A stretch of 64,000 nucleotides of DNA from Perna viridis (Eukaryota): assembly GCA_037379345.1 (NCBI GenBank), contig CM074522.1:31744001-31808000 (forward strand), read 5' to 3'. A program made the position numbers and the translations under genes. The stretch's first letter is position 1; each line of letters starts with the position of its first letter. A model generated the notes under the pieces. That model saw only the letters and a list, made by a program, of their open reading frames with translations, had not been told where the DNA came from and did no database searches. This document shows, piece after piece, positions 11,901 through 23,545 of this stretch.

Positions 11901-14900
11901 TAGTCTAGTGACAAAGGCCAGTCATGGTAAAACGGACACACAAAAAAAAACTCAAAATAACCAAAACAACACATACAGAGCAACAAAAGTAAATGAGAAA
12001 TTCAGACTCCATTAAAATTGGGAGCAGGGACCAGGTACACGGGCAGGGTAGGCCTCCTATTCCTTTCCAGAAATACCCAACGAGTTGCCCATAAGTAGTC
12101 AATTAAGGGGTAAACAAAAGGCGAAAGGAAAACTATGACACGTTGAACAAATCCGTTTTCATTGTGCAGATGGATACACCGTAACGATCCACGAGTTCAT
12201 GATGACGACCATGAAACTTCTGTAGTAATGATTTCAATCTTGTGGCAACATAACCCTGTTCCAAAAGCCTATTTGTTAGAAGTCTAGCGCGATACAAAAC
12301 GTCTGCGTAGTTTCGTCAAGCTCTGGCATAACGTATGAGTTGTGATTGAGCAGCACTCCATACGCAGGTGTTGAAGGGATGTTGCCACAGATGAAAGGAA
12401 AGTTAACATACATGGTCTTGTTCCAGAAACCTAATTGTAAGAAGCGCGAGACAAAATGTCTGCGTAGTAACAGCATGCTCTGGCATAACGAATGAGTTGC
12501 GCTATATAAACTCCATAAGCAGTTACGTAGTAGAGAGATGTTGCCACTGATGAAAGCAAAGTAGAAAATACGGAATGGAAAGTCATTGCGTTTGTCGTAT
12601 ATTTTGGTCGATAGTTTTCTTTTTCCATCAATCTCTAAGTGTTGATCAAGATATGAGGCTTACATCACAGTGTCTGTAGTATCATTTATCTCAAGTTCTT
12701 TGTAGTAGGTGCGATGAATAAAATCCCCGAAACTAGGATGGTGTAACGATAACTCTTCATCTTTAAGGCGAAAACTGATATTAAACGATCTAGCTAAACG
12801 ATATTCCTTCTTCCAGATCAAGTCAGCTATAATTTTAGTCTAACGGAATAGAGTAGCAAGTAGAGGACCACAATTGTTTTTTCCAATTGGAATGCCGACT
12901 GTTTGTTGAAAAAGCGTCCACCACTGGACAAATTTGCAGTCAATTAAAAAATTCAGCATTTTGAAAACATCTTCTTCGGTATATTTGAATGCAGTACGAA
13001 GAATCTCTACAAATTACTACATATCTGTATCTAGGTGTACCGTTATTTTGTTTTTAGTAAAAACGATGCATAATGTTTTTAGTCGGGAATTTTACTAAGT
13101 ATTGGAAATAGATGTATAAAGAGTTGAAAAATCATAGGTTTTAATACTTGAATTGAGGATTTCCAGAAGGTCTGTCGAATTTTTCAGGATCCACATCAAT
13201 ATAACTACGGGAGTAACAAGTGTCGTAGTAGGACTAGATACCCTCTTTGACAGCTGTGAGTGTAGAAGTTAAGTTCTAAAAGAGTATTGGTGATACATTT
13301 TGCAAATCCGGCTATGTAGCTTTGTTTGTATGGATTCTTTTTGGTTTAGGAATCCAGTACGTAGATGGCAATCATCGTCTTTGGTAGAAAGACCGAAAGA
13401 GGATAACAAAGATTTATGGTTTTCCACTCTCAATTCTTTGTAAAGTGTGGTGGCCGTATAGGTCTTATTGCTGATACTACATCTACCTCTAATAATATAC
13501 ATTGGATGTAATACGTTTCGCTTTGTCTGCTTTTACAACAGCATATTGTTCAGACAATGTTTTAGCTACATCGGACTCTTTGAAAATTGATGTAGCATTA
13601 ACACTCATTAACCTACTTGAAACTTTCAGAAAAAGATCTCACAGCCCTTACCCATTCTGACAGAGAATCAATGTCTTCCTGTTGTTTTCAGTATAATACA
13701 GTATAATAAAATATTATCAAGCAGTCTAAAATTGCCCCCGGGTAAATTAGTAAAAGCAGTAGTCATAGCAGTACAGGAGATAATTATATTAATATTCTTT
13801 TCCCAGCTAATCTTAAAGCGCCATTAGACAAATATATTAAAGACAATTTTCCTGAAGGCATAATAAAATTACTACGTAATTCTCGTCGGGAAGGATTAAT
13901 TAAAGCCAGACTTAAAGGATGGAGAGCATCAACTGGAGAGGTAGTAGTCTTCTTGGATAGTCACATGGAGGTTAATCTCAACTGGTATGTAAAATTTTCG
14001 CTACAATGTACTCACTGACAGATGTTTATTTTAAATAGACCCACGCCGATAAAAATAATAGAATAAACCTTTAAGCAGTTATCGTCCGTATTCCCTCAAG
14101 TTTCCCTTTTTAGTTGTAAAAAAATAGGTTGATCGTTTTACATGAACTGATATTTGTACTTCCTGTTGCATCACTATTCAGGTTCTGACCTTGTAATTAG
14201 AGACACATGCATAAAATGTTATGAAGAGATGACTTTATGCTGTATTAAGAAAATAATCTATATCCGTTTTCTCTTCAGTGTTTTTTATTTTTAATCTTTA
14301 TCAAAGCCACATGCACAGTCATCATTTTTGTTCGATACTATAGAGTCTTCATAGAACACAGCATGATTTTCAAGAAAGTCCAAGTTTAAGAACTACATTC
14401 AAACACTTTAATGTACACCCTTGTCCAGAAATAAAATGACTTAATATCAGCTTTCTGTTCATTGAACTGCCACGGTGATCTCGAGGTAGCGTGTTAATTC
14501 AATCCGCAGCCAAGACATACAAAATATTTTTAAAATAAGCTGTCATTGCTTTGGCAAGCACGCGGCATATATGAGATGGGATGCTGTTATTGGCTCAGTT
14601 AGAATAATGAGTTCGAGTATGGTAGTTAGCATATCTGTAGACTGATTCTTCTGTTAGCCTATTACAAAATAAATCGTGCTCAGTGTGTCGGACTAGTTAA
14701 TTGCAGGTTATGTTCATTTGGTCTAACGTTTTTTTACCTGAAAGGCATGAAATATCTGCGAAAGAGTGTTAAAACACAATAGGTCAATCTAATTTCGTTT
14801 TTTAGTTAAACTGCTTATGAAAATCGTATGATAACAGATATCATGTAGTGCATAGTCAACATTCACCAGTAACGTAGAATTACATGAAGATCTCATTATA

Positions 14901-17900
14901 TCTTTACTTTGACCAAACTGCACTCTTCAATCTTCACATTGTCATATTTTTTCCGACATCGTAGTGCAAGATATTGTAAATTAAAACAATATAAAATTGG
15001 TATGAATTGTGTAAATACCACGGTTAATTCATGTTGAGAGAATAATCAAGGGAACCGATGTTAAAGCGGTAATAAAAATAATGTTTTTCAGGGACAAAGA
15101 CCAGACATGGAAAACAGGCATATACAAAAAAAAATGAAGTAACTAAAATGATATATACAAAGTAACAAAAGCACAAATGCACAATTGCAATTAATCTCAT
15201 TCTATCTTCAGCAGTTGAATTTAATTGTTTTGATCGTCTACTGTAAACAACATTTTGTGTTTAGGTTACAACCTATTGTGACAGAAGTGAAAAAAGACCG
15301 AAAAACAATAGCTATGAGCGTATTAGATTACGTAAATGCTGAAAGTTTTGAGTACCGTTTTAACATGGGCTACATGACTCGTTATGGGTTCGATTGGAAA
15401 ATGGTTTTCTTTGAGACGTTTTTCAGAAAAGACCAGATTGGACCTACAGAAGAAGATGTAAGACCGTATGTTTAATGTTGAAATCAGCTACACACAGTAA
15501 AAGTTGTTTATACACGGTGAAACTTGTCAAAACCGAGTAAACTTGAAAAATAAAACTGTTAAAAAAACAGAGTCCAATGGGGTTTGCTGAAGACAGATTT
15601 CACGGTGTTAGTATCGAATATCTCGAACACACACCACCTCAAAATGTTTTCTATTTTGTTCGCACGATGCAAGTTCTTTTTTCGTCATTTGGTAATAAAT
15701 ACAAAAAAAAATCCCAATTGCAAATTTCGGTATTTTGCACACGTCTTCAGTAACCTCTCATCAGCAGCATCAAGGTGCAAGATAAAATTGTATGCAAGAA
15801 GTACTAAGAACCTAAAACATCTAAATATGAAGCCAAATCTAGCACCGAAAAAATCAACCAGAATATGTCAAAGGAGATACATTATTGCAGCCGAATGTTA
15901 AGTGAAGGAAAGAAGCCTTTGTGCTTCGATAATTTTCGTGTAAATAAAATATGATATAGTTTATTTCATATAAGTTGTCTCTGAATTTAAAATGTGTTGA
16001 CTTCTTTGTGTTGTTTTGTACTGATATGTTGGTTATGCAACAGGGGCACAGTAATGGTCGGGGCTGCCTTCGCAGTCAACAGTAAATACTTCGAGGAGAT
16101 TGGAACATACGACGACGGGATGACCATATGGGGAGGGGAAAACCTAGAATTATCCTGGAGGGTAAGCCCTTGTGAGAGAGGCACATGTATATGTTATTAG
16201 AAATATTTCAGGATCGAGGGTCTATTTAGTTAGTGTTACTATTTTTATCTTTATGTAATCAACAACTAATTGATTTGTAAGAAAATCTTCTGGGTTTTGT
16301 TTGTTTGTTTGTTTTATTTTTTTTGTTTTATTTCCACGTAAAGAAAAAAGTAACATGTATGGTGTATGACACTTGCTTTTATATGGACCAAAGCACTCTC
16401 CTGATGAAATTATTTCGCTGTTACAATATATCTATAACACACCTTTTTCGAACAGGTTTGGATGTGTGGCGGGCGACTTGTGCATTTGCCCTGCTCACAT
16501 GTTGGACATATAGCAAGAAGCCAACCGTACGATTTCCCTGGAGGAAGACGCAATATAGAAATATACAATTATAAGAGAGCTGTGGAGGTCTGGATGGAAC
16601 CGAACCATAAAAAATTTGTGTATGACCACTTTCATGAAATGAAGGTAAATTTTCTCAAATCTTTGTGTAAATTATGAACAGATGCAACAAGAACAAATAA
16701 TGAGGATTATTGGAACCATATTTTTGATTAATGTTTAATACGCAATACACAGTCACGCATAAATAAAGACGATATGACAACCTGTCCATGGGGAAAAAAG
16801 CTTCAGTGCTCGGCGTTCCCTTGGGGAGTTAACAGACAAAAAGAGCAGGTTGTGGAATGAGAAAGGTTGTTTGCCTTAAATCCGAAGTGGTATTTAAACT
16901 CATAAAACATAAGTTCTCAAGTCCGACACCTTTTTTTGACTGAGTAAAAGCTTAAATTTCTTTCTGTCCTGGTTAAGTGCTAGAATTAATGTTATTTTTT
17001 TTCTAAAAATTTATTTTGAATGACTTTGCAAATCCAAAACACAAAATTTTCAATATATTTTGTTTTATTATTAAATGAATTGATTAAGCTTAAATTGATG
17101 CATGTATTTTGATAGGATTTAAATCCAGGTGACCTGTCTGAGAGGATGAAGTTAAAAGAAAGACTTCAATGTAAAAACTTTACATGGTTCATCACAAACG
17201 TATGGCCGGAATTATCTATCTTTGATAACAACGTCTTTGCATGGGGATCGGTAAATTTCGATCAGTAATTACTAAGAGACCAAACTTATATGCAGCTTAA
17301 GAGACATCTTTACATTCTTTTTCAAGTTATGTGGTAAAGTTCATACACGAACTTTACACTATTTTTATATACACTCCTTGGTTAGAAAGGCCTAATATAT
17401 CAGGTAGTCACTCAGATAATTTGACACATGAATAACATCGCATGAACTGACTTTGTAATGTGTTTTTTTTCGTACCTTTATTTACATGTTATTACTATGT
17501 ATTAGCGTTGCAGATACATGTACCTAAATAAAGTCACATATCAAATGAAGTGCCCAGTAAAGGTGTTGTTAACCCCCCTTTTTATTGGACAAGTTTGTTT
17601 CTTGCATGCAAACTGTGAAAAATAACAATTTTATGAATGCAATACATAATAATTTTTGCTTTTACAGGCAAAAAACCTACAGAATGATAGATGTCTTGAT
17701 AACCATGGTTACCTATTTCAAGCACCACAACCATTGTATGTTGACGTCTGTAATTACAAATTAGCAACTCAGGTATATTTTAAACATAACTTCCTGAAAT
17801 CTTGGATCGTTTTAATGTTACCATCTGCACAAAAAGAATCGTTTTGTGCATTGTCTCATATTTTTTTCGTTACTGATTGGACTACCCTAAACGTGACATT

Positions 17901-19380
17901 TTGTCAACAACTCGGCGGATATTTCTAGAAAAAAAAACAAATGAAGCTTATTCTACCGGTTCTGGTTTATGCTCCAAGGTTGTAGTTGTTTACTTTGATA
18001 CTGCCTGTTCTTTGGATTGTTTTATGTTCTTCGTTGTGTGTGTGCTTCTATTGCTTTTGTTTAGTCGTTATCTCTGATTTCTTTTAGTTTTACAAACAAA
18101 TTTGAAAAACAGGAAACAAGCAACATATTGCAAAAGTTTTTTTTAACGTGAAATCTGGCCTATAGTCTAGCCTAGAAATTTATATAAATACACGTCTTAT
18201 ATAAATTCCAACCATAAAGGACCAAACTGTACTGTTAAGTTCTTAACGAGGATCAAACTTTTTGTTGTATGATAACAGGTGTTGGTAAATATATTGTAGG
18301 GATTTTCATGGACCAAAAAGGGACTACTAAGAACATCATTACAATGTGTGGTATTAAAGGACAAACGTGAAGGAGGAAGACCCAAGTTGGAGGATTGTAT
18401 AATTGGACCAAGAGACGAATGGCACCATAGAAAGGTAAAAGTTTTATCAATTTGACTTTTAAAGGACAGAAGCAGAGAAGGGACTTCGAGAAATTGCTAC
18501 ATGCATATAACATACCTATAGTTATCCATGCGGTCTTCTAATATAAATATATATTTATATGTATGGTTCATCGGTGAATAATACAAGATTATGGCCTAAA
18601 TCAAAAGAATGTAATCCAGTTACAAAGACCAGACATGGAAAACTGACATACACAACAAAGAAAATAAAATGATCAAAATAATATATACAAAGTTCAAAAG
18701 TATATGAGCAACTCGTACTCCAATAATAAAAAAAACGGAGAAAATGAGCCTGGTGTACCGGCAAGGTAAGCGTCCTTTGCTTTTCTAGAAATATCCGCTG
18801 AGTGGCTCATAAAGAAGTCAAGTCTAGGGTAGACGAAAGAAGAAAGAAAAGCTGTGACATTTTGAGTAAATCAGTTTTCATGGTGCAGATTTATAAACGG
18901 AACGATCAACGAGCTCATGATGATGACCACAAAACTTTCTTGATACAAACGCAAAGGAGTAACTCGGAGTTAACTAAAAATGAGGGCATGGATCAAGTAC
19001 TTGTGCGCTTGTTCATGTATATTAAGCATCATCTGCTTTTTAAGAAACACCCGACAATTAGCTCATAAAGTTCGTCCGGGATAGACAAAATGAAAAAAAA
19101 ACCACAAAACAATACAAAACAATAACACAGTGAATAAATCAGCTCTGATGGTGTAGATGGAAGTACCATTTGGGTCCACAGTTTCGTGATGACGGCAATT
19201 ATATTTTCCTACTGACGACTTTAAGAAATGATGTATATTTGATTTATATTTCAGAATGGACACATAAAGCACAAAATAACTGGACTATGTTTGGATTATG
19301 ATGGAATTGGCCCAATAATGCATGTTTGTCGAACTTCAGTTCTCTCACAACGCTGGCAATTCAACAATTATTTGATGTAA
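8995..19380 (+). CDS. GALNT: Polypeptide N-acetylgalactosaminyltransferase, paralog B (complete, 10 exons, 599 aa)
   Basis: Exons 8995-9440, 11364-11530, 13807-13984, 15265-15465, 16044-16161, 16456-16644, 17116-17250, 17668-17772, 18300-18434, 19255-19380 total 1800 nt, all GT-AG and in frame. N-terminal TM anchor, [35 protein letters not shown] motif (FLDSHME), [18 protein letters not shown] and a C-terminal ricin lectin. Confidence 0.96.
9640..10039. mobile_element. TTAA-flanked MITE family M2
   Basis: TTAA|GTACCAGTCC...GACTGTTAC|TTAA. Homologous copies at 53712-54110 and 61912-62140. Confidence 0.8.
10230..10480 (+). mobile_element. V-SINE-like (RUDI-type molluscan SINE) fragment
   Basis: TGCTTCTCT.CCTAGCACACGG...ACTGGTTGGCTTGGAGTCAGAATCATGTGTCCGAG...TCAGTGAACTAGCAC...TAGTACAAAG; recognised from family resemblance. 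Second copy at 14468. Confidence 0.6.
11855..13690 (-). mobile_element. Penelope-like retroelement (Naiad-type) RT remnant plus 3' UTR, partly tandem-duplicated, in GALNT-B intron 2
   Basis: Decayed RT motifs [14 protein letters not shown]...[62 protein letters not shown]. The ORF ends with no C-terminal GIY-YIG domain. Junction of two overlapping 3' segments at about 12410. Confidence 0.85.
14468..14790 (+). mobile_element. V-SINE-like copy, degenerate
   Basis: Colinear with 10230-10480 (AAGCACGCGGCAT...TTGGCTCAG...GCTCAGTGTGTCGG.CTAGT...TGAAATATCT.C...GTTAAA). Confidence 0.5.
15035..15175 (-). repeat. Naiad-type 3' terminal fragment
   Basis: AGAATAATCAAGGGAACC...CAGGGACAAAGACCAGACATGGAAAACAG. 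Confidence 0.75.
17905..18070 (+). repeat. Naiad-type 3' UTR fragment (old; positionally equivalent to 425-640)
   Basis: CAACTCGGCGGATATTTCTAGAAA...CTACCGG...TTATGTTCTTCGTTGTGTG. Confidence 0.6.
18570..19195 (-). repeat. Naiad-type 3' fragments (two segments)
   Basis: CAAAGACCAGACATGGAAAAC...GAGCAACTCG...GGTAAGCGTCC...CATGATGATGACCACAAAACTT. Confidence 0.75.
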
Positions 19381-21242
19381 CAGTACAATAGTTAGTTTGT
19401 TCAGACAACTCTGATCATATTTCATAATATGCACCTTAATCATCATGGGACGCGCCTGTGTTTAGATTAAGAAGGTGGAGGATCTGTCATGATGATTTGT
19501 ATCGAATAAAGATCTGAAATGACTTAAGCTATTAAAAGCCTTAGTATTGGTAATATATAGACAATGTTTGAATAGGACATTAATTGATACTGTTAACTTA
19601 AAATGGAGTGTTAAATAAGATACCCTGTCCAACCTGCCCAATTTGGGAACTACTGTGGATCTGCCTCAAGGTCTATTGCTTTATTTAGTATAGTTGCCAA
19701 TTTTCAAATAAAAAAATAAAATCTAATTCAGTTGATTATAAATCTGATTTGTTTTACAGGATACCCAAATTGATTTAAATTGAGTTGTGCTTTAGTCACT
19801 AATACTTCCTTAGAGTGAGAGACATGTAGAATTTATATGTGGATGCAGTTCAACGTCTTATAAGTTGTTTTTAAGAAATCAGTTGTTAAAATGACGTTTT
19901 ATATATCATTTCAAAGATTTTAAGCAAGTCAAATTGTTTCCGAGTTATACATAAATTGAATATCAACATGTCAAATTGAATTGTGTATCATATGCAGTAT
20001 CACCACGATACCCCACCATCACCCATGTAACCCAGGTCCGAGGGATGAAATAGGTCGAGAGTTGATACCGCATGCGATACCGATGTTGAAATATCATATT
20101 CATTAAATATTTAAAGTACACTTCAAGTGCAGGGGGAATGCACCCAGTATAGGTTTGGGGTGGAAGAGTGCGCGATATAGAATAAACGATGATAGATTTA
20201 AACAATCACTAATAATGCATTACAAAAAACATATATTTTGATCTTAATATGTGCTATACACAGAATATATCATATCCTAATCTGTGTCACATGCTGTATC
20301 AAACCTTATGGCATTATTAAATTTTATCGATGCTTCAAGTGTATTCCAAGTTGAGGGGTGATAGGATGGGCAAAATATCACACGCCATATCGAGCTACCA
20401 ATATCAGTTAGAGCGCTTTTGGGTCATGACTGAGGCTGATTTTTGTCGATGGTGATACCGCATGTTATACAGATATTGTTATGCATTTAACGCGTTATCA
20501 ACTATTTGAACAGGAAAGTATTAGTGCGATGTATTTTTTCATATTATCTTTTTTTATGTTTAATGATCACAAGGATGTTTCTTATTGTGTATGAAATTAT
20601 CATTCTTTGGTTTGATTTTAATGCTCAAGTAAACTTGTGGATCAATTTGAATCTTTTTTATTAAATTTCGATTAAACTGTGTATTTGTGCTTTTTGATTG
20701 ATTCTTTTATCTTTCTTTCATATCATTACTCCTGTGATGTACATGACCTTCACAGGTATAAACGTCATCTATTATATCTCGGTAGTCATCTTCTTATTTT
20801 TTGCATCCCTCACCTGAATTTTATCCTCTAACTGCAGGTTGCCTTTTGTTGGACTATTTACAATCCGTTTCCCAATTTGGCCACACAGTCATTATGTATA
20901 TCTATCGCAGCAAATTAAACAATGCTGTATTCCATTAGCCGAGACAGTCAATAAATAAGCGGATACAGATACTAAATTAAAAAAAACGAATAAGAACACG
21001 ATGGTTTTTTCCAGAAATATCTACAACAGACTATAAACCAATAAAACATCGACATTACTTATATAAATGTCTGTAGGAATAGAAAAAAATTCTACGTAAT
21101 TTACGTTTTGACTGTAAGCATAAGGACTACTTTTATCTCCTGAGACTTCGTCCTTCATTTTATATAATTAGAATGTTAAGTTATTGTGATATACACATTT
21201 TATATAACGATCATGCTTATGTATACATTAAGAAGACAAAAG

Positions 21243-21744
21243 GTTTTGTTTGTTTGTTGGGGTTAACGTCCGAGCAGTAATATTTCAGCTATATTCAGAC
21301 GATGAACATGAAATTGATGATAAAATGAACATGAAATGATGATAAAATGAAAAAGGGATCGGACACAAGGACAATGTGGTCGACAAATTTTGACTGCCAC
21401 TGAAAATAGGGAGAGGTGGGTAGGGTCGGGCAATTTAGTCTCCTGTGGCGGAGCCCTATGGTTCCTACTCCGGGAGAATACCCCAGTAGGGTTTTTAACG
21501 TGCGAGGAACGTGGCATCTTTCGCAACACGATGCACCACTATGGTTTGCGGTCAGGTTTTCCGTATTATAGCCTGACAACCCCAGCATGTAACACGCCAG
21601 GGATACCCCATACCACATCCCAGTTGCTCTGTGGGCAGAGCGCCCTAGCCCCCGACTAAGGTTCTGAGCACTATTTAGTCGCCTTTTACGACAAGCTTAG
21701 CGCCGCTGCAGGCCTATTCTTTTAACACCCGGACCTGCACGGGC
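21243..21744 (-). mobile_element. SINE-like non-autonomous retroelement with a structured non-tRNA head (copy 1)
   Basis: About 500 bp, colinear with 33964-34495 in opposite orientation. Head CCCGTGCAGGTCCGGG...GCTTGTCGTAAAAGGCGACTAAA, core GCACGTTAAA.ACCC (MetaSINE-like), tail TATAGCTGAAATATT.CTG...CGTTAA + (CAAA)n. Confidence 0.8.
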
Positions 21745-22049
21745 AAGAAGAAGATGTGACCTTCTTGGGTGTGAAGTGCAATAAAGTCAATGAACTAGGT
21801 AAACCATAACATTTACGCAAGCTGATAATATCAGTTAGCTTGATTTAACATATTTTATTTTGTAAAAAAAACGTTAACAAAATTGCTGAACTGTCGGGGA
21901 AAGTACATACATTTATTCTATATAATCTGAACCGTGAATAATAAGTAAACCTAATAAAAGCGACTTATATTATCATTTAAAGTAATTTTGACCCTTGACC
22001 CTTCGAATCGAACACCTGTCTTCAAAAACTAATTTTAAAGTCGAAAAGC

Positions 22050-22435
22050 AGTTTGTTCAAGACATGTTCATCTATGAAAACTATCAACAAACACGATGAC
22101 TTTTCATTCCGTATTTTCAATTTTTCTTTTCATCTGTGGAAGCATCCCTTAAGAACCTTTGTATATGACAACTCATATGTAATGCCAGAGCTACATCACT
22201 ACAGAAGTTTTGTGGTCGTCATCGATCAATCATGAACTTGTGAATCATTACAGTATATTTATTTGCATCATGAAAATTGATTTGTTCATCGTGTTATAGT
22301 TTTCCTTTCCTCTTTCGTCCTAGACTTGACTTGTATGTATTATTTTGGTTATTTATGTTCTTTGTTGTTTGAGTCTGTTTACCATTTCTGGTCTTTGTCC
22401 CTGGATTACATTCCTTAGAATCATGGTTTCCTCAA
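22050..22435 (+). mobile_element. Naiad-type PLE 3' fragment (same family)
   Basis: KHDDFSFRIFNF, LQKFCGRH and the shared 3' UTR (TCTGGTCTTTGTCCCTGGATTACATTC). Confidence 0.75.
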
Positions 22436-22514
22436 ATTTTTGAATAAAGCCAACATTAATTATATTGAATGTCCGTTTCTGGATCGTAGAATTCATATGA
22501 ATATTTAAACATTT

Positions 22515-22990
22515 AATACTAAAACTGTCGAAAAATTGGATGACTTTTCATTCCATGTTGTTAACTATCCGTTTTTGATGATGACGTCCCATTATCACAG
22601 TCATATGGTGTTTACATATCACAATTGGTTCGATTTGCTCGTATTTGTAACAATGTTTTGGGTTTAACGAAATCAATCTTTATATACCTGAGAAATTACA
22701 ATATCAACGTTTTCGATATCACAAACTCATAGAAAATACATGCACGAAATTTTTCAGCCGATACAAGAAATTCTCAAATACGGGTGTACATGTACTAGTA
22801 GTTATAACTATTAATATGTGCGGGTATCTCCCACAGTATATTGTAAAGTAATATTCTGCACAAAGCACTGAAATTTCAATCAAAAAATCCTAATCAGTTG
22901 ACTTAGCCTTTCATTTTTTTAATGGATCTAGTTATGATATTGTCGACAGATGAATAAAAATGGCATATTTTGTATTAATATTATTTCGCT
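22515..22990 (+). mobile_element. Second, distinct Naiad-type PLE family; RT C-terminal fragment
   Basis: Frameshifted translation DDFSFHVVNYPF/DDDVPLSQSYGVYISQLVRFARICNNV...EKL...FRYHKL, homologous to but clearly diverged from the main family. Confidence 0.7.
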
Positions 22991-23545
22991 CATAGGGTCT
23001 TTATCTATAAAAGCAGTTTTTGGCATGAAACAGGTTGTGCCCTTATTGTATGAATAATTATGTACCCCGCATTGGAAGAATGGGAATAACTATTTTATAG
23101 AATGATGGTATAACTTTGTGTAGGTTAAAACTGATCTGCAGATAGTTAACTGTTAGTAGTCAGATTTAAATCAAGAGGGCTTGTAATCACACCAAAGTAC
23201 TTTAGCCCACTGTATTGTTTGCGCCTGTCCCAAGTCAAAAGTTTCTGACCTATTTCTACCCATATCCATTCTCGCTATTTTAAAAAAATGTAAATGTCCT
23301 TGATGGTTAAAACATTATGTATAAATATATACATGTACCAGTTTCATTTAAATGCGCAATTCAATGTTTATGTTTATTCAGAGACACTGCTTTTAAAATG
23401 ATGAACTAAACATTTCAATTTTAATTTTTTTACAGTACTCACGTGTTTGCTGTTTTTCAACGTCTTAATTATTTAGCTCTTTTTAGATTCATTGACATAT
23501 TTTGCAACGAAAACAGGATTTTTTGTTTAAGCAGCTAAACAGAAG

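Noticed and set aside
21263-21659. Three overlapping ORFs, plus the similar ORF at 34063-34257
   Set aside because: By-products of the GC-richer SINE-like element; indels between the two copies break the frames.
21225-21760. TSD for SINE copy 1 (AAGAAGA on both sides)
   Set aside because: Only 7 bp, low complexity, and not directly adjacent to the tail.
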